IMG/VR virus record: IMGVR_UViG_3300044972_002389
Coordinates: 124,001 to 188,000 of that record
Strand: one strand, 5' to 3'
Length of the DNA stretch: 64,000 nucleotides
Shown: piece after piece, positions 32,943 to 44,900 of the stretch
How the letters are laid out: every line of letters begins with the position of its first letter
How positions within the stretch are numbered: the stretch's first letter is position 1
Translations under genes and position numbers: made by a program
Notes under the pieces: generated by a model
Databases searched by the model: none
Told to the model about the DNA's origin: nothing
The model's input: the letters and a program-made list of their open reading frames with translations, nothing else

Positions 32943-35900
32943 GCTGGTATCGACCCAGGTTGTGACAACAAAAATTGAGCTTGGTAAGTGCTGCTATATT
33001 GTAGCCCTAGTCCACCATAAGGCCACTGATACCCACCTGGGATAACTTGCCGCACACTACCATCTCGCACTACGCTGGTAGTTGGGTGAGACATAGCTGT
33101 TGTTTTCCAGTCTTGTTTGAAGATTATAAGTCCAATATTTTTATTGCCTGCAGGAGGTGGTTCAAAAATTGGAGCCAATGTCTGAGAGGGGAATTGCAGA
33201 TAAAATCCAGGGGCTGCATTTGAGGGGTTGCTTACTAGCATCCAATCGTTTTGGAGCTTGCCATCCACAATAACATACGCATTTACCATTCCTGCTTGCC
33301 ATTCTCCTGCGTTTGTAATAGTTACAGGATACAAATCACTGTTGCCTGTGCTACTCCAATACTGTGCCACAAATTTATCACTAATGCCGCCAGGTGTTCC
33401 CAGTGTGCCACGATTGATTTTTCTCAAAACAGCTTGGTTAGGAAATGCAGTTGAGGCCGCAGGAGCTTTGTCAAAATATTCAATTCTTTCACCCTCAATC
33501 CAAATAACCCCAGGTCGTTTGTCATCAGGTTCAAGAAGAGTGTCGCCATTTGCTACAAAAATTTCCTGATCATTCCAGTTCAACACCTGAGTAAGAACGG
33601 TCCTGTCCTGATTCCCAAGGCGTAGGTATTGTGTGTCGTTATACACATTTGTCACAGCACGGAATGCAACACCATCTTTGCTGGGCAACGCTGTGGGATA
33701 ATAGGCTTGAATCTCATCAGCTGCTGTCAAAGTGTAATGATTTCCTAACTTTAGGTACCAACTGTTTCCGGTTTTGACTATGGTATAGTCTAAAATCCAG
33801 CTTAAGCTACTGCCGTTGAGCCATACTTGCACACTTTGGAACTCCAACGGAGTATTGGTGAATAGGTATTGGTTGCTGGAATCACCTGTCCAGACATCGT
33901 TATAAAAGGCACTTGCGCTGTCTTCACCCCAAGTTCTTACAACAATAGTATCGCCGTCAACCACCGCCCAACTTGCCAAAAGTAGGTTTGTTCCTTGGAT
34001 TTGATAATCATAGTTTTGGGCGACTGGATCAGCCACTTCAATGTAAATGAAACTTTTATCTGATGGCGCTGTAGTGAATATTATTTGATTTCCAGCCAAT
34101 GTATATTCTGTGTTAGGCAATACTGAGGCATTTAACCAAACTTGAATAAATGACCCAGGATCTGGGAAAATAGCCAAATTATATGCTGTTGTGTTGTTGT
34201 CACCAATTGCACTCAAAAGGTAGGGTGGCTTCAATCGCTTGCCGTTACTGTAGACCAGTGCATTGTTACTTTGTGCAGGATTGAATCCGCTCAAGGGATT
34301 ATTTGGTGTATTCAAATTCAGCGGATACGTGAGCAATGGCAAGGTTACTACCAAACTCTGTAATTTTTGTAGACTTTGATATTGACTGCTGTATACCAAA
34401 ATTACAATAGTGTCGCCAGGCAAAGGTGTAAATCCCAGTCCAATTTGACGATTGTCGGCAGGGTTTACACCAAAACTCACTGTAGGCACTCCATTCCAAG
34501 TCATCAGAATAGTGTTAGCGCCTATGGGTTGATCCATTGTGATCACAAAACTTGTGATGTCAAAAACAACAGTTTTAGTTTCTTGAATATGGCTGGAATA
34601 GTTAGCAATGCTGAACCCTGTGCCAGTACCAGGTGCTCCACCACTTATGGTTACACCCACTTGTTGGAGGCCAACATTCTTATTCAAATAACTACCACGA
34701 GTCAACGGCAAGATGCTGGCTACTCCCCATTGTGGAGTAATCAACCCTCCTATACCTGTTCCATTTGTATACCATTCATTTTGACTTATGCTGGGCTGAG
34801 TATAATAGCCTTGATTTACAATACTCACAGCAGTAATTTGTCCAGCTACACCACCAAAAGCAGTAGTGCTGTCAACCTTGATTACCAAAGTTTGCGTTCC
34901 GCTCCCGTATTTGAAATACAAGAGATCTCCTACCTTGTAGCCAGATCCTGGCTGATTTACATTTACAGCAGTTGCACGTATTGCAGTGACTAACACTGTT
35001 GTAGATGTGTAGCTCTGTGATGTATCACTTAACACGATAGTATCGTTCAAGTTGTAATCAATTCCTTGATTTACTATGCTCCAATTTCCGAGACCAGGGG
35101 TTGCTCCACCAAAACCAAAGCTGGTAATTACAACTGATCCCACTGGCGGGAAAACAAAAACAATGCTATTGCTGCTGGGATCATATACATAATCAGAGGT
35201 TGGTCCTAGAGTTTTCAAAATTCCGCCTACACTGACAATAATGTCAGCAGCACTGAACACTGGTTGGCCAATATAAAATCTATCAGTAATGCTGTCGCCA
35301 AGCCAACTTTCAGACAACACATTCCCAAAGCCCACTGTGGGTTGATTGGCAACATCTATTATCAAGGTTTCTTTTCCTTGAAGCGGGAACAACTCTTCAG
35401 GATGATTGCCTTCCACATGTGGTCGACTCAACCCCTGTCCATCATATACAGCATCAAGCGTGCCTCCTAGGGCACTTTCAAATGTGCTGCCTGCTTCTGC
35501 TACCCAAATGTTGGGTTTGGCTACAGCACTAAGTGGCGCCAGTGCAAATTCAAGACTTGTGCCGCCCCAACGTAGGACAAAGGTGGCATTTACGCCTGAA
35601 CCGCCAGAGGCTTGCACTGCTGTTCCACTGGGAGTCAGTGTGTATGCCCCTGGAAAGACCACCTCAATTTTCAAAATTGCACCTGTCAAACTTGTGTTGA
35701 CTACTTTCAGCTGAGCAGGAATAGTATAAGTGCCTCCAGATACAGAGAGTATATCATTTACACTATATCCTAATCCTTGATTAGCAACATCCACAGCAGT
35801 TATCCAGTTTTTGACTGTCCAATTGAGAGGAGTGTTTTGAAGATTACCATTTACCCAAACACGCAAGTCATTTGGAGCTTGTGGGGCCTGAGGCAGGGCA

Positions 35901-38900
35901 AACTTTGTTTGCAGCCCGTCCCCTTTGAATACCCAATATTGTGGCCTTGCTCCACCATTTATGTATTGATCAAATAACCGATCAACTTCTTGGCTAGTGT
36001 TGTCCCAGCCCAATACGCCATCCCACACTGGCTCGCCCCAACGACCATTTAGATTGAAATCCAAACCATCCAACACTGTTCCTTTGGGAGCACATCCACT
36101 GATCAGTAAGGGATCATTTGGAGGAGGCATGCTAGGAGTGGGCTGATACAACTGTTGAATTCTGTCTGCTGCTCCGTTATCCAGTTGATATCCAACCAAT
36201 TCAAATATGCCTTGATTGAACACAAACAAACTCCAAAGCCCAATGTTGTCGTAAATTACTTTGATTATTTCTCCATTAGGCAAGTTTGTCAGAGCTTTCA
36301 TTTCTTCGATAGTGTCAATAAACCTATTTGGCACAGTATTCTCGCTGTATCCAGGACTGTAATAGTCTTCTGCGGGCACACACGCCAGTCGGTCCAACAC
36401 AATTTTTGTCCTTGTGCTGCGTACACTGAGGTTTGCTATATCAAATACAGTCACAGTAACAATATCTCCAACACCTGGTGTGAAGTTGAGTTCAACGAGA
36501 GTGCTGTCGTCTAAATTTATCTCATAATCATTAGTTAATAAGTTGTTCCATCGAACTTGTGTAAATTGCCAAGTTATGGGATTTGTCATGCTTACTATTT
36601 GAGAAATGCCGTCACCAATAAATGTCTTACGCTCAAGATAGCTAGATGCGTATACATACGCCTGCACAACATCGTTAGTGTTAGGCACAAAGACCAAATC
36701 AATTATTGAGTTGTCTCCAGGACGCAAATTCCAAGCTTGAGAAAGCTTGCTATTCCAGTATACCAAAACATTTTCAGGTTTGGTGCTAGTGCTTAGTTGA
36801 AGAGATTTGGTTGATCCGTTACCAGTTAAGGTCACTGTTTCAATCAATGCACCACTGCTGGCTTTGTAGTTGTCGTACCACGGCTTGTATATGGTATCTC
36901 CGGACAAAATCGCAAGATCAACTGGGTTACTGACATTCAAGATTGAAACATTATTGTTCAGGTCAATATAGGGAGGGTTATCCAAATCGCTGCTGTTGCT
37001 TTCCCAATAGTCCGAGACCACTCTGTAATCCACAAATTGGCGTATGACAACGTGGTAGGGTTTAACCTCTTGAATATATTTTTCCAAGCTGTCTATTTTA
37101 CTTGGGTCATAATAGGCTGAACTCAAGAGTTGTTGGCTGAAACCTTTCAAATTGATAAAGCTTGTTTTGAAACACCAATCTACGAAATTTTGTTCAGCCA
37201 GCACATGGCTCACTAGCTCAAAAAATACCATGTTACGTTCATTTACATCACTGTCAACTTTCAAAAGTCCCACAGCTTTGTTGTTTTCAGGCCACAATCC
37301 CTGCAAAATATAGCTCAATTCTAGGCGTGTATCATACTCCCAACCTTGATAATCAACTGCATAACTTCCTCCACTGAAGCCCATGCTGTACTTTTCGTAG
37401 TCATAGAGATTGTCACTGAGTTGTAGATTGCCGTTTTGTACACCTACTACGGTCCATAAGGTTTCAGAATCAGGCGTGTATTCAAAAAGATTCCAACGGC
37501 CATTGCCTGTATTCAACACTTTGACCAAAGTTCCAGAGTCAACCACAAGAGTGTCACGGTCAGCCAAAGTGGCAACAGTAGCCCCAATCAGGGTGTCGGC
37601 ACTGATGCCGCTGGCATACCAATCTACCAAGTACCAAACTTGGTTAGTGTCCCATGCTTGCATACGCTCTAATGAAAACTGGTTTTGTCCTTGATAAAGC
37701 CAAATGGTCCAGCGGTTGTTGGTGGCAGCACTTACATCTACCAAAACTTTGTTACCAGGTATTAGGCTGGGAATCAAAGCATCTCTTGCCGCCAAAGTAG
37801 CTACGTAATAATCCCAATTGCAGGGCAATATGCCTTTTACTGGCCGTACAATTTGCCACTCTAGGGGATCAATTCCCAATTTCAAAATGTTCTTGTTGTT
37901 TTGAATATAGGTTGTTGGCAATAGCTGTGATGCACCTTCCAAAACCAACACTTGTGCATCTATTAGGTTGTCATCTATGCTGTCAAAATCTGCAGACCTC
38001 ATCAAGATCCATGGATTGTTGAGCGAGCCAATGTCCACTACATCATAAATTCCATTTTGATTAGGTGTTTGTGTGACAATAGAGCTGGTAAGAGTAACTG
38101 GATTTTGATTTTTAACAATTATTCGGTCTCCCAAATTTACTGTTATACCATCAACAACCAATGCACTATAAGATGAGCCATTATAGGTTAAGGTAGCACC
38201 CTTGCCATTTTCCCCAGGATAGTAAACAGTGTCTAGAGCAGTTGTGGTTGCCACTCGAGCATTGGCTTTGGTATTTTTTTGGAGAGGCTGTGGCTCTACG
38301 CTCTGAAAATACTGTAACCAGCCAAGCCTGTCAGGGTCATCCAATGGCGGCACACTGCTGCTGCTAAGGAGGCTGTTGATTTTTTTAACAAAAGCTCTCC
38401 TAGCAGTAATACCATCCTTGAACCAACTTTGTGAAGGTCGTGTCAGCATGCCATACTTGCTCATTTCAGGCAGTCGCAAATTGGGAACACTGTTGCCTAC
38501 GTTGTTGAATTCCACAAGACTATCACACATTTTGCTCCACAAATCTAGTGTAGGTGTGCTCAAAGGATCGTTGGGTCTCAACAATGTCCACTCTTTGTAG
38601 ATTTTATCTACATTTTCTCTACTTGTATAATTCACTTGCCAGACAGTGTTGTTTTCATCCAAGAAACTGCCAATGTTTGCTAACAATGCGCCTGTGCTGC
38701 TGATTGCGGCCCACCAGCTTTGGTTTTGTGTTTGTGGACTTTCAACAATTTGACTCAAAGATGCAACACTTATCTTGCGATCTGGCACGTTGGGCACTGT
38801 GGTTTTGTTTTTTACCCAAAAGTAATAGGCATTTGTGTATTGGCCGCTTTCATTACGCTCACTTGCCAACACGTAGGGATAATCAGCACCTTTTACTGAT

Positions 38901-41900
38901 CCTGTAGGGGTTTGATCTCCCCCTGTGGCTGCTGAGTTGCCCGCTGTAACAGCGCCTGCCCAAGATGAAGGAGGCACAAGGCTTCGTATCCATTCATAAA
39001 TGTCAATGCTGATTCCTGGAGCAATTTGTCCCCAATGTCTCCGGCGGTAGCTGTCTGTTCCAATTTCATAATCAATAAACCTTGTTGTGCTTAAATCCCA
39101 CCAAGTTTGCCCCACTTGGTTTGGGCCCCACGCTGTAGAGGGGTCAACTTGATACAATCTTGAATCTCCAGCATTATAGCTCGCTGGATCCCAGTGTGTG
39201 CGATATGTTACTTCCTCATTTACAAGCCCTGGCAATGCACCTTTGCTGGGGTCCCAAATATTCAAATGAGCTAGTGTTTGTAATGTTGTTTTGTTATAAA
39301 GTGTGCTGGTCAATAATAGGCTGGTGTCAACTTTCTTGTCTTCTCTGCGATATTCAAACCAGACACCATATTTTTGATAGACTTTCCAAGGTTCATCTTG
39401 ATTACCATCAACATAGGCAAAATCTCTTTGTGTCCAACCACCAGGAGGGGTTGCGTTATTGAATGCAGCATATGTGGGAAATCTTATACTCCAGTATTGT
39501 AACACTTGTCCATTGGCACCAGTAGCAGAGGTGGTTGCCTGCACATCAAAAGTATTCCTAGTGACATTGAAAACTGAAAAAGTACCATCCAGTCTACCAT
39601 TTACCCCTGTAACTCCGCTCAATACAAGGATGTTGCCATTTTGCAGATTGTGAGGCAAGCTGGTTGATATTGTTGTTTGATTCAATGTTACAGGAGTAGT
39701 TTGTTGAATTTGCCAGGCTGGCCGGCATACTTTGTAAATGTTCCATCCAATAGCAGTGTCAATAAATTGCCAAACTCTGTCATGTGCCTGCAAGGGAGTA
39801 TTTTTAGTTTCAAGAGTTTGAGAGAGACTAAACAACTCTGCTTGATCTTTGACATAATAAGTGGCCTCGGAAAATAACACGTATCCGCTGTTTGGCAAAT
39901 CCCCTGGGGCTGAACCGTAGTGGCTTCTCAATGAGAAGTTTGGCGTTGCCTCACTTTTATACAAGACTCTACTGTCTTTGGGGGTTATTGTAATTGTGTC
40001 GTCATAAGCCAAATCTTCAATAGAGCCAGAGAAAAACTCAACCAACTGCGGATTACTTCTCACTTCAGTTTGCAGTAGCAGCACGTCAATGCCGTGAATA
40101 AGTTCGTTGCTGCCATAAGTACCCAAACGGAAAGCGTACTCTTCGTAGTAGCTAAAGCTTTCATTGGCATCAACCAGTTGAGTGTTTCGCAACAAACTAT
40201 CAATAGTGCCTTTTGTGCCTTTTTGTTTGATCATGCCTTGATAAAATTGAAACTGTGTGGTTTCATCCACAAGGAGATTGGTCAAATATTCGCGTTGTTG
40301 ATAGCCCACTAAGTGAGTAGCCAACATGTTATATCTTTTAGGCAAGGCTTGCGACAGTGCGCTGGTGGCATTTGTATGCATCCCTGTGCTGTCGCTGTAA
40401 TTGTAGGGAGTTGGCACATCTATGTTGTATAACTTGCGAATATCGTCAACAGTTTTTTCAAAGTTAGCTAAGATCTGGTTATTGACAATTATCCGATCAC
40501 CAATGGTAGATGTGGTTTGTGTTACTAGATAACCAGGCGCCTCAAGACGGCCTGCCCAGTCCATGCTCTTGTAAGTCTGTATCTTGAATCGGCTTTGTCT
40601 TACGTCAAACAGTGGGTCATACACAATATCGCCAAAAATTGTTTTGTTTTGGAACAGGAGTGCATGTTCAAGGCCAGTAGTGTAGAGTCTAATGCCAAAA
40701 ATGCCTTGATCATTCAAAGGTCTTACTGAAACTTGATCATCAATGCGCAAGAAATCTATATTTTGGACTTGAATTGGTCGTCCGCCACGATCTAAAATCG
40801 TGTAGCTGCCATTTACTATGCCGCCGATGTTTTGAATAGTTCCAAAACTTGTGACAAATTTTGTTTTGAGTGCCAAAGGACTCAAGGCAATGTAATTGCC
40901 TGCTGCCCAAGGTCCTTGACTCCAGAACAAGAACTCTCGGCCGCTCAGGCTCCAATCTTGCAATTGGCCAGTGGTGCTGGAATATTCATCAAAAATCCAA
41001 CCTTGGCTGACTTGCCAACGCCCCAAGCTTACCAAAAAGTCAAATACATCTTGCTGTGTAGGCAAAATGGTACCATACGGCACTTTTTTAACAGATGGCA
41101 ACCCCAGCTTGTATTCAATAACCTTGATTTTGTCTACAATCACTGTTGTTTTTGGACCAGTAAGGTTACTGGGAATTACATAAAAGTTGGGATCATAGCT
41201 GTCGTATCCAATGACTCGGTAACCCTCAGATCCTCTATATTCCACAATTACGCCGCTATAGAAGAACTCTTTTAAGCTGGCACTGCGTATGAGATTGTTG
41301 GTCACATCTTCTTGGGGGATCAACAAACTGTCGTTGGAGCTTAGACCAAAGCTGTCAACCAAAAGCTTAACACTTGTGCCATCAATAAATCCTCCAGCTC
41401 TGTATCCTAGAGTTACATCACTGTTGCGGATAACATTACCAAAATATTCTGTGACGGAACGACTGTCATTTATCAAATACTCACTTATCCAGTGTTGAAT
41501 GCCGCATGATCCATAATAGCTTAAGTCACTGCTTAAGGTTGTTACATTTTGTGGATCTTCACGATGAACAAAAATGTCACTGTTGCTGATTCTTTTCCTG
41601 TAATCCTTCCAAACCCATTGACTGTTGGTTTGTGTGGCAAAAATCTGTTGGGCCCGTGGGCCGTCCCAGAGGTATTCAATAAATTGCGCTGGCTTGGCCA
41701 GATATCCTATCTGCGCCCAAATTTGGTCACTGTCAACTGCTGTAAGCCAGACATTTTCCAAAGGACCGCGGTCCCCAAATTTCCAATCGGCCCGGGCTTC
41801 AATTTCGCTAGGCAATGTGGTGACTATGCGAGCTGGACCAGGAGGCAACAGTTGCCCAAATTCGTCCACTGGCAAATATTGCATCAACCCAGGACGAGCA

Positions 41901-44900
41901 TACGCCGGATCAATTCCCTGTCGTTGTCCTTGGCGTATCCTGCCATCTCTTAAATCATACCACAATTGGGTGTTGCCACTGGTGTAAGGTGCGGCACCAT
42001 ATTCTGCATTCCACCAAAGTGGTTGCTGACTGAAGCCCAACATTTCCCAAGGGCAAGAGTTGGGGCGATCAGTATCAAAAAAGAGAAAATAGATACCGCG
42101 CCAATGACCAGGCACTGGGTTGTTTTCTTGATCAGTGCAACTGCTGTAATTCCAACTAAAGGGATCATCTATTTTGTAGGTTGTGTTCTTAAATGCATCC
42201 AACTGATTTGTTGTTAACCAACGTTCAAAAACTGGATACAACATTGTTAACTGATCTTTGTAAGAGTAGTTTGTGGTTCTCCACTTGCCAGAAAATATCG
42301 TTTTGATATCAAGCTTTTGCACACTGTCAGGATTTCTGTAGCTGGCTGGCAGAGAGTTGAACAAATTTACTTCCAATTGCATCCAAGCTCTAGCCACAGG
42401 ATGCGTCAACAGTTGAGGATCAACGGTGCTTGATTGCTGGTCAGCTATTGTTCCCAAGTCAGCACCGTTAAAATCTTGTAATACAACAACTGCACCATTG
42501 TGGCATCGGAGACTCAAGGGACTGTTGGGCTGGGTGACATCAAAAAATGCTGTTGGCACAAAACTGGGGGTGACTCCCAGCCGGGCTGCGCTTGCTGGGA
42601 CAAATGTGGGTGTTATTGACTTTTCACTGCAATATCGGCCAGGAACGCCGTCAAAGCCGCTCATTGCCCAAGGACTGCTAAGTGTTTTGCCGACATTTAT
42701 GGATTTCAATGCCTTATCTAGCCATTCACTAATGGGATTGGCCAAAGTCAGGCCTCCACTGTTGAATAAGTTAACTAAACTGTTGATGTATTTGTTGTAA
42801 AAGCGGAGATATTCTTTTTGTGACCATTGCATAACACCAATGGGATCCAACAATGCATTACTGCTGGTCAAAGCAGATGTTTGTGCTATGCTGTTCAAAA
42901 TCATGGTTTTCAACAAAGGTGCACGATGTTGAAGTATTACGGTTCCAAGACTTTGGTTTTGTGCAGTATCACGCCAATTATTTGCACCAATTATATTGCC
43001 AATAATATTTGATTGGTTACCAATAACAGTAATCAAATGATTGATGATATTTTGCCTTGTGATCGTAGAGACCTCAAGGTTATTGGGATTGGCTTCAAGA
43101 TTTTTAGGAATTTCAAAATAGCCAGTTGTTGCTATGTTGGTAATGTTTTGCCATGTTTTTACCACTACATTGGAATTGGGCTGCACACTGTTTGCTAGAG
43201 TCAAAACTTTGCCACTTACAGTGTATTGATCAGGAGTCAACAATACACCGCTTACTTCAACATTTATTGCACTAGGACCAGGAGCACCTGTCCCAGGTGC
43301 TTGATCCAATGTGAATGTTTTTTGACTTTCTTGTGTATAAAATTGATTCACCACATATTGTCTACTCAACACAGGGCTTTTGAACCAATTGTTTTGATAC
43401 ACTGGTTGAGTAGTAACAGGATCAACAGTTTGCCAAAACTTGAATCCGCTGATGTCTACTCTTAAATTATTGGGTTGGTATGTCCAAGTGTTTTGACTCA
43501 ATGTGTTTTCAAATGTTAATTCATTTGCTGAAACCAGCAAAGAGCCTTGGTTTATTGCAGCCAGTTGACTTGGATCATAAGAGAACAATGATGATCCACT
43601 AAAGCTGCTGAGCGGATAAATGCTGGGATCACTCAAACTGTTGCCGTCAATGTCAAATAATTCAAATAAGGGACTTTGACTGTCCACAGTTTGTTTCCAG
43701 CTTTGTGCACTTACCCAACTGTTCGTGCTGCTTTGAAATCTCAAATAAGTGTCAAAAAATCTGTTAAGAGGATTTCCGCTGGCCACATACAGACTGTCAT
43801 TGTTTTTGGGCGCACCTGTAACATCACTCTGGTTTGGCAATAATTGTAAGGTCAGCTTGTTATCGCTGCGCAATCCGCTAACTCGATAAATTCGATTATT
43901 GGCTTGACCGTCTACTAAGTTGGTGAACAAAATTGTCATGCCATCGTCAAGACTTATGCCGTCGACCAATAAGGGATTGCTGTTGCTTTGGCTTCGTCCA
44001 ATCAAACTGCCTAAGTCAGTGGTGAAGCTATCAACTACTGTAACCCTACCTCTACCAATAGTGCCAAAATTCCAGAGTTTAGTGGTTTTGTCAAAACATA
44101 TGATAGGATACTTGGCAACTAGCGCGTTAACATCTTGCAAGAGTGTTTGGCTTTGCACCAATACATCTCTATGGAACCAACGGTTTCTGATACTCCAGGG
44201 ATTTTGGTTACTGCTGCCGCGATGCATAACAACATACGCAGGTGTAACCAACTTATCAACGCCGTCCCAAGGAGTGCTGTCGTATTCTTTGGGATTGTCC
44301 CAGCGTATCTTGATACTGCTGTCTGTGTCGTCAACAAAGTAAATTTTTCTGCCCACGCCTTCAATAATCAACTCACGATCTCTAAGAGCTATATCCAAGT
44401 CAAGAGTAGGTTTGATTTTTAGCCCAGTGGAAAACACAAGGGGGTGTGTGGCGCCATTTATTATAGATGAAGGATTATTGGCAATTGCGTATGTGCCAGC
44501 ATATACATATGCTGATTCATTACTAACAGAGCTTAGGTCTGTTATGTCCAATAGCGTAATAGTATCTGGTCCATCACTTAACCAAACATATTCTTGAAAA
44601 TTCAACCACATGTCCACATCACATGGTAAACCAAAGCTGTAGTATTCTTGTTCAAACAAGCGATTATGATCGTTAACCAACGCACCTTGACTGCGCAACT
44701 TGTTCAACAAATCTTCATAAAACAAAATGTGCGAAACTGTGTCACTGCCTTGGCTGCGGCTTATTGCTGTTGCCTCAACTTGATAATCTTGGCGGGATTT
44801 AGAGGTCTCTACGACATAAAAATCCTTTTTGGGATTATACCAACTGGGCATTCGACCAATATAGTTGTTCAAATATTCAACTTTTTCAGGTTGAAACAAA